Below are positions 18,253-28,054 of a stretch of DNA of 64,000 nucleotides, piece by piece. This DNA is from Nitrosopumilus sp. (GTDB taxonomy: Archaea; Thermoproteota; Nitrososphaeria; Nitrososphaerales; Nitrosopumilaceae). The position numbers and the translations under genes were made by a program. Numbering within the stretch: the stretch's first letter is position 1; each line of letters starts with the position of its first letter. The stretch covers positions 736,001 to 800,000 of the forward strand of contig OZ241981.1 of NCBI GenBank assembly GCA_965204345.1, in the 5' to 3' direction. The notes beneath the pieces are model-generated. The model made no database searches. It was not told the DNA's origin and saw only the letters and a list, made by a program, of their open reading frames with translations.

Positions 18253-18360
18253 ATGATTCAATGCGAATACTGTCCACGAGGGTTTATTGAAACAGCAAAC
18301 GGTTTGGCCGAAAAGACTTTTCATGAGTTGCTTCACGAACCAGAAGTTGTAAACAAGTAA
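18253..18360 (+). CDS. 35-aa C2H2-type zinc-finger microprotein
   Basis: MIQCEYCPRGFIETANGLAEKTFHELLHEPEVVNK*; CxxC...HxxxH; TATA-like box at 18222-18229; T-tract downstream. Confidence 0.75.
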   Translation: MIQCEYCPRGFIETANGLAEKTFHELLHEPEVVNK

Positions 18361-18421
18361 CTCTTTACATTTTTTATTTTACACCCAACTTTTTTATTTC
18401 CAAATTTTTCACTAGATTTAC

Positions 18422-20002
18422 ATGGCTGCCAAAACTAGAAAAAAAACGCCGGCAAAAAGGATTGTAAAAAAAGCATCGAGTCTTCCTCGACATCTGCCCC
18501 ATAGGATTGCAAAAAAAGAGCCGGCAAAAAGGATTGTAAAAAAAGAGCCATCACCATCAGTATTACTAAAAAAGGTTGCATCAGTTTCAGATTCCAACAA
18601 GGCACTACAAAAAGAGATCAAGGTAATGTCAAAAATTTTTGGCGAAAATCAAAAGGTATTGCTCTCAATGAAGGGCATGATTGATACCCTGACATTGGCA
18701 TTAGAGCACATTCAAAAGCAGTCAAAACAGATCAACATCATAGAAGATGATACCCAAAAACTGTATGCAGGATTAAACCAGGTCAGGACACAGTCAAACC
18801 TAGTTGATAAAATCAACGGACAGACTGCAAGACTAGAAAAAGAGATCACCAGGATTTCAGAATCCCAAAAGGCATCAAAGTCAAAGGAATTGTCCGAGCA
18901 GGTAGAGGACAGCATGAACTCAATTAAAAACAATTCCCAGATGATTATTAAAATTGCACAGAGAATTGACGAGGTAAGAGATGATCTGCGAAAAGTGTCA
19001 GGCAAGACAGAGTCATTTTTGGAGATCGGCTCTGAGATTGACAATCTAAAAAATAACATAGAAGAGATTTCAGGCAAGACTGACAAGATAGAGACAGGCT
19101 CTCAGATCATTAAGAGTCTCAAAGAAGAGTTTGGCAGAATTATAGACGGGGTATCAGACACCTCAAATATTAATGCGGAACTGGATTCGATCAAAATTAC
19201 AATTGATTCAATATCTGCAAAGGCATCAAAGATAGACTCGCTAGGAGGAATAATTGAGGGCCTAAAGCAGCAGTTTAACACCATAGCATCAAGGGCAGGT
19301 TCAGCAGATAATTTGAGCCTAGAATCAATCAAGGAATTGGGAGGCAAGATTGACAAGATAGAGACAGAGATTAGAGTCCTCTCACAAAGGGCAGACTCTA
19401 CAGCATTTGTAGGGGAGGGACTCAAATCAGTCCAGGAAGAATTTTCTAATTTCAAGCAAAATGTATTTGATAAGACAGACAGCATTGAGCAAAAGATATC
19501 CTCAGTCTCAGACACGCTAAAAAGACAGGACGAGTCAGCAGGGGAATTTCATAAAAAATCCGAAAAGTTGTTTGATGAACTGCAGTCAGTCAAGAATTTT
19601 ACAAGCAAGGCATCTAGTGACTCATCAAAAGAGATGATGGCCCTGCTAAAACTTTCAGAATACCAGTCAAACATCAGAATGAGCACAGAATCAAAATACG
19701 GAACCACAAAGGATATTGAAAAGATGGCATCACAGACAGCAGACATTGTCAATCTGTTTGATAGAATTTCCATTGAATCAGGAGAAAAGATGCCACTGCC
19801 CCATGAAGTAAGACAGTGGGCAGTAAGCAAGATTCTTGATTGTGCAGACAGGTGGGAGGTCAGGTTCAGCGAGGTTTATTCGGTTTTGGAGAGTGCCATA
19901 GGAAGAGACATGCTAAAAGAATCAGTTAGAATTCAGCAAGTAAGAGACATTTATGGAATCAGGGCAGTAGACGAAATTAGAAAAGACTTGAACATCCCCT
20001 AG
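18422..20002 (+). CDS. Long coiled-coil protein with Lys-rich repetitive N-terminus
   Basis: Heptad pattern over about 350 aa; N-terminal (KKxPAKRIVKK)2; no TM. Confidence 0.85.
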   Translation: MAAKTRKKTPAKRIVKKASSLPRHLPHRIAKKEPAKRIVKKEPSPSVLLKKVASVSDSNKALQKEIKVMSKIFGENQKVLLSMKGMIDTLTLALEHIQKQSKQINIIEDDTQKLYAGLNQVRTQSNLVDKINGQTARLEKEITRISESQKASKSKELSEQVEDSMNSIKNNSQMIIKIAQRIDEVRDDLRKVSGKTESFLEIGSEIDNLKNNIEEISGKTDKIETGSQIIKSLKEEFGRIIDGVSDTSNINAELDSIKITIDSISAKASKIDSLGGIIEGLKQQFNTIASRAGSADNLSLESIKELGGKIDKIETEIRVLSQRADSTAFVGEGLKSVQEEFSNFKQNVFDKTDSIEQKISSVSDTLKRQDESAGEFHKKSEKLFDELQSVKNFTSKASSDSSKEMMALLKLSEYQSNIRMSTESKYGTTKDIEKMASQTADIVNLFDRISIESGEKMPLPHEVRQWAVSKILDCADRWEVRFSEVYSVLESAIGRDMLKESVRIQQVRDIYGIRAVDEIRKDLNIP

Positions 20003-20694
20003 ATTCCCAACTCGTCTTCCTTTTGCAGCTGCTCCTTCTTTCGTTTTAATATAATGAAGATTCCAATGACTGCGCCAATCCAGATAACACTGAACATCAT
20101 GTTTGCAGGACTGACATACATGTAGGGAGTCGCATCCATGATGTTAGTCTTTAGCAGCGATGCGCGGTTGTTCATATCAAGCATTCCGGTATGATATGCA
20201 GAGTTGTCTTTTGAGATAGAGGAGATCTCATCTAGACCGGCAAACATGGCATCTATATTATTTTGAATTCTAAGAAAATTTGTAGACTCTGTGCTAAATA
20301 TCCAAACGGGGTTTTTAGAGATGACCTTGCCATCATCAAGGGTTTCAGGAAGGTTTGCCATTACCAGGTCCAAGTCGGCCTGGATTGCCACTAGGTGCTC
20401 ACGAATAACGGCCGGGTCAGAGGAGGATACAATCCCGTCAAGATTTCCCCGAATTCTATCCAAGGGATAGATATCCGTATTGTAGCCTGAGATTGCCATA
20501 TAGCCGCCAAAGATAACTATAGATACAATCCCGACTATTGCAAGCTTGTAAACATTCTCAGACATTGTTGTTTTACCACCAACGTCATTAGTTGCATTAT
20601 TTGAAGCTAGTCTTGATTTTGCAGTCACTGCAATAATACCAACTATTGCAATAGCCAATACTGCCATTGCAATTGTACCAAATTCAGGCATCAA
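19999..20694 (-). CDS. Membrane protein duplicating the C-terminal domain of the upstream GT2
   Basis: DNA 20035-20553 closely matches 20810-21330. Confidence 0.8.
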   Translation of the reverse strand: MMPEFGTIAMAVLAIAIVGIIAVTAKSRLASNNATNDVGGKTTMSENVYKLAIVGIVSIVIFGGYMAISGYNTDIYPLDRIRGNLDGIVSSSDPAVIREHLVAIQADLDLVMANLPETLDDGKVISKNPVWIFSTESTNFLRIQNNIDAMFAGLDEISSISKDNSAYHTGMLDMNNRASLLKTNIMDATPYMYVSPANMMFSVIWIGAVIGIFIILKRKKEQLQKEDELGI

Positions 20695-20754
20695 AGAAGA
20701 TACCCACTAGATACATAAAAATTCAGTGGAATTTCTAAAAAATATAATCTGCCA

Positions 20755-22839
20755 CTAGTTTGCCCGTAAGGAAACACTGTCAGTCATGTCGATTTTTTTG
20801 AGATTTTCTTTCTTTCGCTTTAGCACTGCAAATATCCCAATGATTGTAGCAACCCAGATAACACTGGATGCCATGTTTGCCGGACTGATATACATGTGAG
20901 GAGTTGCATCCATGATGTTAGTCTGTATCAAAAATGCCCTGCCTTTAATATCGAGCATTCCCGTATGATGTGCAGGATTATCACTGGGTATTGATGAGAC
21001 ATAATCAACATCTGCAAACAGTGCATCAATGTTGTTGTGAATTCGAAGCAGATTGGTAGACTCTGTCCCAAATAACCAGACGGGATTTTTGGCAACAACA
21101 TTGCCGCCTTTATCAAAAGTTTCAGGAAGGTTTGCCATTACCAGGTCCAAGTCGGCCTGGATTGCCACTAGGTGCTCACGAATAACGGCCGGGTCAGAGG
21201 AGGCCCTAACACCATCCAGGTTTCCCCGAATTCTATCCAGGGGATAGATATCCGTATTGTAGCCTGAGACTGCCATATAGCCGCCAAAGATAACTATAGA
21301 TATAATCCCAAATACTGCAAGCTTGTAAACTTTGTTTGCAGTTTTCTCTTTTTTTGTGAGGGGTATGGTATTTTTTGATCTGTTTCTTTTAAATCTCGTA
21401 TGAGACAAGCTCATGTAGGCAATATAAAAAAATCCAAGAGTTTGTAAAAAGATTATTGGTACAAAGACCGGATTGTTTGAGAATATGGAAATAAAAATAC
21501 CTACAATTCCATAGACGCCAAAAAAGATTTCCAAGAGAGTGGTTTGGGTAAAGGGCAAATTGTATGCCTTGTTTCTCCAGTCATCACTTTTTGTTATAAT
21601 TCCATACTTTGGAGTCCTAAGAAACTCATTTTTCTTGCCAAGAACGGCATCAAAGACTGCCACGGTATTGTTAACTGACATGCCAGCATTGTACACCAGC
21701 AATGCAGGAAGCAGCTTGGCCTTTGACTTCCAGGACTTTCCATACATGCTTTGGATGATTAGCATGTAAGCGCCAGGTCCCATTGCAAGGTATGTTGCAA
21801 TGGTTAGTGCGGGAAGAAAGCTCACCACGTACAGGTTGATTTGTCCTGCCAGCAAAACAGGCAATGCCAGAAACTGAATTAGCATCAAAGGATAAACAAT
21901 GTGGCGGGTAAGCTGTATAAACGCCTGAATTTTAGCCTCAATTGCAACCCTTTTTTTCAGGACAACGTCTGAGAGCAGTTTTACGGCGCACTGAATGGAG
22001 CCCTTGGCCCAGCGAAATTGCTGCCTTTTGGCCGCGTTCATTTGCGCAGGCAGTTCTGCATCAACTACAATGTCAGGCAAAAACACGCATTTCCATCCCT
22101 TCATTTGTGCCCGATAGCTCAAGTCAAGATCCTCCACAAGGGTGGCAGTGTGCCATCCCCCGGAACTTTCAATGCAGTTGCGCCTCCAAATTCCGGCAGT
22201 GCCATTAAAGTTCATAAACAGATGAGAGTTGCTTTTTGCCTTTTGCTCTACAAGAAAATGAAAGTCAAGGCTGAGTGCCTGCACCTGGGTGATGGCAGAA
22301 TAGTTTTCATTTACATGTCCCCAGCGGCATTGGACCAGCCCAATATCTGATCTTGAAAAGTGCGGTATTGCCCGCTTGAGAAACCAGGCAGGAGGGATAA
22401 AGTCAGCATCAAATATTGCAACAAGGTCCGTATCAGTGGTCTTCATTGCGTGTTTTAGCGCACCTGCCTTGTATCCTTTTCTTGTCCCGCGCCTTACATG
22501 CTCAATTTGAAATCCCTGAGCTTTGTAATCATCAACGACATTTTGGAGCACCTCAACAGTATCATCATCAGAATCATCACAGACCATTATTCGCATCTTG
22601 TCCTTGGGATAGTCCAAGTTACAGACGGCATCCACGAGTCTCTTTGCGACATATTTTTCATTGTATATTGGCAGCTGAATGGTAACTGACGGCGTGCCCC
22701 AATCAACAGCATCAGGTGTGGGTCTTCTTACTCTAGAAAGAAATGCAAGGTAGTAAAAATTGCAAGTATAGGCAGTAATTATGATTGCCGATAAAATAAA
22801 TATATCAAATACGACTGAGGTGAAAGGATTAATTGCCAT
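20755..22839 (-). CDS. Cellulose-synthase-like GT2 glycosyltransferase
   Basis: 'QLPIYNE', 'KAGAL', 'FDADF', 'VEDLDLS', QxxRW 'QQFRW'; multiple TMs. Confidence 0.93.
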   Translation of the reverse strand: MAINPFTSVVFDIFILSAIIITAYTCNFYYLAFLSRVRRPTPDAVDWGTPSVTIQLPIYNEKYVAKRLVDAVCNLDYPKDKMRIMVCDDSDDDTVEVLQNVVDDYKAQGFQIEHVRRGTRKGYKAGALKHAMKTTDTDLVAIFDADFIPPAWFLKRAIPHFSRSDIGLVQCRWGHVNENYSAITQVQALSLDFHFLVEQKAKSNSHLFMNFNGTAGIWRRNCIESSGGWHTATLVEDLDLSYRAQMKGWKCVFLPDIVVDAELPAQMNAAKRQQFRWAKGSIQCAVKLLSDVVLKKRVAIEAKIQAFIQLTRHIVYPLMLIQFLALPVLLAGQINLYVVSFLPALTIATYLAMGPGAYMLIIQSMYGKSWKSKAKLLPALLVYNAGMSVNNTVAVFDAVLGKKNEFLRTPKYGIITKSDDWRNKAYNLPFTQTTLLEIFFGVYGIVGIFISIFSNNPVFVPIIFLQTLGFFYIAYMSLSHTRFKRNRSKNTIPLTKKEKTANKVYKLAVFGIISIVIFGGYMAVSGYNTDIYPLDRIRGNLDGVRASSDPAVIREHLVAIQADLDLVMANLPETFDKGGNVVAKNPVWLFGTESTNLLRIHNNIDALFADVDYVSSIPSDNPAHHTGMLDIKGRAFLIQTNIMDATPHMYISPANMASSVIWVATIIGIFAVLKRKKENLKKIDMTDSVSLRAN

Positions 22840-22891
22840 CCCTAATTTCAGAGAATCACTAGTCGGTATTTATACTTGTAAAGCATGGAGG

Positions 22892-23842
22892 CTATTTCTG
22901 TTCATAAATCTTGATTGCCTGTGGAGGGCAGACGCCTTCGCATGCAAGACAGAAGATACAGTCAGGTTCTTTTGACATTAGCGGTTTCTTTTCAGACGCG
23001 GGATTGCCAGGACTCTCAAACCACTCGTATACGCCCACAGGACAGGCCTCAAGACATCCGCCATCTGCAACACAGATATCATAATCTACTGAAACAAACT
23101 CACCCCATACGCCCATGATGTGATTGCTCGTGCCTTTTCTGCCCCAGGTCTTGATGGTATGTTCTGGCGCATCATAGGGGGATGACGGTTTTAGTTTTGA
23201 CTTGTATTCAACGTCAATGGGGCCAGGTTTTGCGCCATCAGGAATTTCAATGGAGCCATCATCTTCCTCTTCGGCATCATCGTCTGCTGCCTCAACGGGC
23301 TTTGGCTTTGCGCCAAGAACAATCTTTGCAAGTGGAGTTAATTCTTCTAATTTTTGAATGGCTGCAATTTCAGATATTTTTTCAGCTTTGGCAAAATAAG
23401 AGATCATTTTATCGGCCAAGATGGTGTTTCGCAGGATTGTATCAATAACCATTTTGGCAAAATGGTCTGCCTTTTTTCTATAGTCTTTAACCCAGTTTGG
23501 ATCACCGAATTTTTCAATTGGAAAGATTTGATAGATAATATCTACAACTTCGCCTGTAACAATTTCTACTGTGACAGAGAGGTCGACCTCCTCATATCCC
23601 TTTGCATCAGGATCATCCATGTTTTGCTCCTTCCAGCGATATGTTGCAAAAATTCTATCGGCATACATGTCCATCTCAAAGGCTTTTTTGAGGCCATCGT
23701 GTACGGATTTGAGCTCGACTGCCTCCTCTAGCTTGATTGGCAATCTGTAAAGCCCAAGCTTGAACCCATGCAATGGATAGACGCCGCGCTTTGCTGTTGG
23801 GGCCTCCATTGACCATACCCGATCTTTGAGAAGTAATGACAT
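22892..23842 (-). CDS. Dicluster ferredoxin with large N-terminal extension
   Basis: CVADGGCLEACP and CIFCLACEGVCP; acidic linker. Confidence 0.9.
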   Translation of the reverse strand: MSLLLKDRVWSMEAPTAKRGVYPLHGFKLGLYRLPIKLEEAVELKSVHDGLKKAFEMDMYADRIFATYRWKEQNMDDPDAKGYEEVDLSVTVEIVTGEVVDIIYQIFPIEKFGDPNWVKDYRKKADHFAKMVIDTILRNTILADKMISYFAKAEKISEIAAIQKLEELTPLAKIVLGAKPKPVEAADDDAEEEDDGSIEIPDGAKPGPIDVEYKSKLKPSSPYDAPEHTIKTWGRKGTSNHIMGVWGEFVSVDYDICVADGGCLEACPVGVYEWFESPGNPASEKKPLMSKEPDCIFCLACEGVCPPQAIKIYEQK

Positions 23843-23878
23843 CTGGTCTTTCTAATTTTATTTTATTTAAAAAGGTTA

Positions 23879-24190
23879 TCAGTCATCATCATCAGGGCAG
23901 GTCAGCTCTCGCAGTTTGACGTATCTTTTTTCCATTGCCTCAGCATGAGCCAGTACCTGGGATAATTCGTAGGATTCCTTGGGAAAATACCAGCGAATGG
24001 GAACCCAATGACCTATGCCATCCATGTCATGGATCATGCCCTTGTCAGCCTTGACGTTAATTTTTTCATCAACTGATGTCTCTTTGACTGCAAGACCGCG
24101 TTTTGTTTTGTCCTCCATTATGATCTCAGCGCCCCCATCCTTGAGGAAATAAAAAGATCCTTTCTGAAGAACGGGAAGATCCAAGAGCAA
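23879..24190 (-). CDS. Hypothetical protein co-oriented with the sulfurtransferase
   Basis: 103-aa ORF starting 1 nt after the rhodanese stop. Confidence 0.75.
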   Translation of the reverse strand: MLLDLPVLQKGSFYFLKDGGAEIIMEDKTKRGLAVKETSVDEKINVKADKGMIHDMDGIGHWVPIRWYFPKESYELSQVLAHAEAMEKRYVKLRELTCPDDDD

Positions 24191-24191
24191 T

Positions 24192-25037
24192 TTATTTTTC
24201 CACAGGATTTCCTATCATATTTCCCCACTCAGTCCAGGACCCGTCATAGTTTCGAACCCTTGGATATCCAAGCAAATATTTTAGTACAAACCAACTGTGT
24301 GAGGAGCGCTCTCCAATCCTGCAATAACAGATTACGTCCTTGTCAGGGGTAACGCCCTTTGGCTCATAGTTTTGTTTTAGTTCCTCAACAGCCTTGAATG
24401 TTCCATCTGCATCATTGACGGCAGTAGCCCAGGGAATATTGTTTGCATCAGGAATGTGCCCGCCCCTTTGTGCGTGCTCCATTGGATATTCTGGAGGTGC
24501 AGTAATTTGACCAGTAAACTCCCCAGGGGACCTTACATCAACCATTACAGTGTCTTCCTTGCCTATCCCCCTACTGACATCAAACAGATACGCACGCAGT
24601 CCCTCATCTGGAGGCTGTGCAACATAGACAGTGGAGGATACCTGTGGCTCGTCAGTGGTATAGTCCTTGTTTTCCAGCTCCCATTTTTTTCTACCACCGT
24701 TCATAATCTTTAGATTTTCATGGCCGTAAATTTTAAAGACCCAAAAAACAAAGGCGGCAAACCAATTGTTAAAATCGCCATAAAGGATGACCTCAGTATC
24801 TGCCGTAATTCCGTTTTTTGACATTAGGGCCTCAAATTCCTTTTTGCTAATGATGTCCCTTCTAACAGGGTCATTGATGTCACGCTTCCACCAGATTAGG
24901 CTGGCGCCATTGATGTGGCCCTTTTGATATCCGTTGACAGGATCATAGTCAACCTCAACTAATCTTCTGTTCTCATTGGGAGGATTTTCAGATACCCATT
25001 GAGTATCAACTAATACCTCGGGATGTGCGTAACTCAT
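24192..25037 (-). CDS. Thiosulfate sulfurtransferase (tandem rhodanese)
   Basis: Active site YCRIGERS, 'YDGSWTEW'; start at MSYAHPE (25037). Confidence 0.95.
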   Translation of the reverse strand: MSYAHPEVLVDTQWVSENPPNENRRLVEVDYDPVNGYQKGHINGASLIWWKRDINDPVRRDIISKKEFEALMSKNGITADTEVILYGDFNNWFAAFVFWVFKIYGHENLKIMNGGRKKWELENKDYTTDEPQVSSTVYVAQPPDEGLRAYLFDVSRGIGKEDTVMVDVRSPGEFTGQITAPPEYPMEHAQRGGHIPDANNIPWATAVNDADGTFKAVEELKQNYEPKGVTPDKDVICYCRIGERSSHSWFVLKYLLGYPRVRNYDGSWTEWGNMIGNPVEK

Positions 25038-25128
25038 GTCTTTTACGGATTTGTTTTCATACTTAATTGTTTTTCCAACGAACCTGAAAAATATCATTTT
25101 TATGTATATAGCATTTCAGAAGAACTGC

Positions 25129-25944
25129 TTGAAATTACAAAAAGTGGCAGTGGTAAGCAAGGTAGGGTCCAAGGACTCAGAGCAAGTTGCAAAGGAGGTC
25201 ACAAAAAAGCTTCTGGCAAAAAAATCAACGGTTTTTACAATTTCTCCGATTCAGGTTGAGGGTGCAACAGAGATAGACACCTTGGAGGAACTAAAGAAGG
25301 AAAGACTGGATCTGGTAATTACGCTGGGAGGAGACGGAACGACACTCAGAGTTTTTAGGAACCTAGAAAATGAAACCCCGATTCTGACTATAAACGTGGG
25401 AGGAAACAGGGGCATCCTAGCGGAAATTACAATTGAGGAGATTGATGATGCAATTGAGCAGATTTTAAAGGATAATTTCTTTTTGGATAAGAGAACAAGG
25501 GTAGTTGCATCCTGCGAGGGAAGAGAGTTTCCTCCGGCACTAAATGAAATTTACATTTCAAGGACAAACCTGACCAAGACTGCCGAGATTAAGATCAAGT
25601 TTCAGGACGATACTGTAAAACAGAAAATGGACGGAGTGATAATTGCAACCCCCAGCGGTTCCACGGGCCACTCTTTCTCACTGGGCGGGCCAATTTTGCA
25701 TGAGAGCTTAGACGTGCTAATTATCACGCCAGTTGCGCCAGTCTACAGATTGGCGTCACTGATTGTTCCAGATGAAAAAATTGAGATTGTCTGCTCGCAT
25801 GATTGCAACATTGCAATGGATGCCCAAGTTGTAAAAACAGTGGGATATGAAGAGCCAGTTACCATTAAGAAATACAAAAAACCGGCAGTCTTTCTGAGAT
25901 TAAAGAAGAGAGGGCTAAGGCAAATGAGCAAGCTTGGATTTTAG
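25129..25944 (+). CDS. nadK: NAD kinase
   Basis: GGDGT, NE, 'DGVIIATPSGSTGHSFSLGGP'; TTG at 25129 likely start. Confidence 0.95.
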   Translation: MKLQKVAVVSKVGSKDSEQVAKEVTKKLLAKKSTVFTISPIQVEGATEIDTLEELKKERLDLVITLGGDGTTLRVFRNLENETPILTINVGGNRGILAEITIEEIDDAIEQILKDNFFLDKRTRVVASCEGREFPPALNEIYISRTNLTKTAEIKIKFQDDTVKQKMDGVIIATPSGSTGHSFSLGGPILHESLDVLIITPVAPVYRLASLIVPDEKIEIVCSHDCNIAMDAQVVKTVGYEEPVTIKKYKKPAVFLRLKKRGLRQMSKLGF

Positions 25945-26413
25945 GATTTTAGATGCTAGTGCATTTTATGCAGGGGTTCCATTTAGATCATCAGAGGACT
26001 GTTATACAACGTCGTTAGTTTATGACGAGATAAAGCACATTAAAAAAAATCATGATGCCTTGGGAACACTGCTTGAGACAAACAGGCTAAAAATCAGAGA
26101 GCCGGACTTGGAGTCAACAAAAAATGCAATAAAGGCATCCAAAGACACGGGGGACTATCCACAACTCTCAAAGCAGGACATTTCAATTATTGCACTGTGC
26201 ATAGAACTCAAGGGCCAGATAATCAGTGATGATTTTGCAATCTCAAATGTTGCCAAAAACTTGGGTCTGAAGATCTTGCCAATTATGACCAGGGGTATCA
26301 GAGATGTTGGAAGATGGATTCACTACTGTCCAGGGTGCAAAACCAGCCACAAAATAGGAAAAGAGTGTCCAATGTGCGGAACACCACTGAAAAGAAAACT
26401 GCTCCTCAAGTGA
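25934..26413 (+). CDS. nob1: Nob1 endonuclease (PIN plus Zn ribbon)
   Basis: 'ILDASAF', 'SDDFAISNVA', CPGC/CPMCG. Confidence 0.92.
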   Translation: MDFRILDASAFYAGVPFRSSEDCYTTSLVYDEIKHIKKNHDALGTLLETNRLKIREPDLESTKNAIKASKDTGDYPQLSKQDISIIALCIELKGQIISDDFAISNVAKNLGLKILPIMTRGIRDVGRWIHYCPGCKTSHKIGKECPMCGTPLKRKLLLK

Positions 26414-26443
26414 GAATTATTCTTAAATTACCAATGTGGATTT

Positions 26444-27130
26444 TTATGAATCATGCAAGGTTTTTTGGTTTGAGGCCTTGAGAAACTTGCTTCTGGTATC
26501 CAGGGCTTTTTTAATTTTTTTGGCACGGGCATCACCTAATCCCTCAACCTTTGATAGCTCAGCAGCAGTGGCACTGAAAACACTCAGTGGAGTTCCAAAC
26601 TTTGTTAGCATGCGGACTGCAAATTTTTCCCCAACTCCAGGCAGGCTGCAAAGAATTGAGAGCTGCTGCTTTTGTAGATCGGAGGATTTTTTGATCTTTT
26701 TTAGAAACGGCCCCTTTGCAGTATTCTTTCTAGAACACATTGACACCAAAAGCTTGGCAGTATGAGCTGCACTAGGAGTCGGGATTACAGGAATTTTAAA
26801 GTCAAGCACGACAGTTGATATGGCACCATAAAAAACCAGGGGATTTTCAGTTATTTCCTCAATTTCATCAACGTTGCCTTCCATCAGTACGACTGGGTGC
26901 TCAAAATGCTCCCTGAGCCTAGAGCACTGATCAAAAAGCCTACCGTCAAAAACAGAAGCCATAAGATCACGGATGCTTTTTCTCTCAACAACAGTTTCAG
27001 GCGCAACAATATAGTCACCGATGGGAAGTGTTTTCATCTCAATGTTCATTCCAATGGACTTGAGCAGTCCTGGAATTCCGCTTTTTTGTTCCCGTTCATC
27101 TACAACAATTCGAAGATTTTTTAGTGTCAT
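26444..27130 (-). CDS. xpf: XPF/ERCC4 structure-specific endonuclease (short form)
   Basis: 'IVVDERE', GDY, ERKSxxD, (HhH)2. Confidence 0.93.
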   Translation of the reverse strand: MTLKNLRIVVDEREQKSGIPGLLKSIGMNIEMKTLPIGDYIVAPETVVERKSIRDLMASVFDGRLFDQCSRLREHFEHPVVLMEGNVDEIEEITENPLVFYGAISTVVLDFKIPVIPTPSAAHTAKLLVSMCSRKNTAKGPFLKKIKKSSDLQKQQLSILCSLPGVGEKFAVRMLTKFGTPLSVFSATAAELSKVEGLGDARAKKIKKALDTRSKFLKASNQKTLHDS

Positions 27131-27180
27131 AGTATCACCTGGAATGAATTGTTAATATCTTGTATGAAGCAAGCGTAGGA

Positions 27181-27588
27181 TTATTTTCGGGGATTGTCTT
27201 GCACAGAAGGAGTTGAACTTGGAGGGGGGGCATTTGCAGAACCGCCCTTCATCATTTCAGTAATCTTGGTCTCTTGTTCTTTGAGGGTCTCTTTAAGACG
27301 TGTCTCTTGTTTTTGAAGAACGACTGCGCGCGTCTTTGTCATCTCTATTCTCTCCTCTAACTCGTCAATCAGGTCCTGTTTTTTGGACTTGATTAAGACA
27401 ATGCCGGATTGCTTGAATACGGCATCACCGTCGGCGACTTTTCTTAACTCCTCAAGGGCTTTCTCAGTCTCTGCCTTTTCAACGTCAAGATGCTGCTTCT
27501 GAGTCATGACAGACTGGAGATTCTGCTGGGATTGCTGCAGTTTCATTATCTGCTCCTGAAGCCATGGCGGCATCTGTCCTGTTGACAT
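27181..27588 (-). CDS. pfdB: Prefoldin beta subunit
   Basis: Coiled coil-beta hairpin-coiled coil; exosome operon context. Confidence 0.93.
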   Translation of the reverse strand: MSTGQMPPWLQEQIMKLQQSQQNLQSVMTQKQHLDVEKAETEKALEELRKVADGDAVFKQSGIVLIKSKKQDLIDELEERIEMTKTRAVVLQKQETRLKETLKEQETKITEMMKGGSANAPPPSSTPSVQDNPRK

Positions 27589-27611
27589 GTTTTATCAAAA
27601 GGTTTGTTTCA

Positions 27612-27857
27612 TTATATCTTTACCGATTCAATGGAATCATAGCTGGCCTGGACTAATCGAAGAGTGGAATTCAAGTTTGCCCTTAGGTGTGGCAGCTGTT
27701 CAGTCTCTACATGAATGGTAATTTTTTCCTTGAGTCTTATCCGGGTTTTTACAGGATTTTCCGGATAAAATTTATTGTCAATGCTTAGAGAATCATAGAT
27801 TGCAAGGGTCTTGTCTTTTGCATCAACTGTAATTTTTGCGCTAAAGCTTAATGTCAT
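27612..27857 (-). CDS. pcc1: KEOPS complex subunit Pcc1
   Basis: 'LRANLNSTLRLV'; position between rpl37ae and pfdB. Confidence 0.85.
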   Translation of the reverse strand: MTLSFSAKITVDAKDKTLAIYDSLSIDNKFYPENPVKTRIRLKEKITIHVETEQLPHLRANLNSTLRLVQASYDSIESVKI

Positions 27858-28053
27858 ATGCTGTTCCAGCAACTTTATAGGCGCATTTTTTGCAAGACCA
27901 GATTCCTACTGCATCGCGGCCAAAGGTTTGGGAGCCGCACTGGGGGCATGTTCTCTTTTCTTTTAGCTGAAGGTGAATCTTTGTATATTGCTTTCTAAGC
28001 TTGATTCCATAACGAGCGCCCAGTCCCTTGAGTGATTTTTTTGCTTTTGCCAT
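27841..28053 (-). CDS. rpl37ae: 50S ribosomal protein eL43 (L37Ae)
   Basis: 'GARYG', CPQC, 'GIWSCKKC..KVAGTAY'. Confidence 0.96.
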   Translation of the reverse strand: MAKAKKSLKGLGARYGIKLRKQYTKIHLQLKEKRTCPQCGSQTFGRDAVGIWSCKKCAYKVAGTAYDIKL

Positions 28054-28054
28054 T

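Noticed and set aside
18422-20002. Chemoreceptor or SMC call
   Set aside because: No MCP hairpin signature and no Walker motifs
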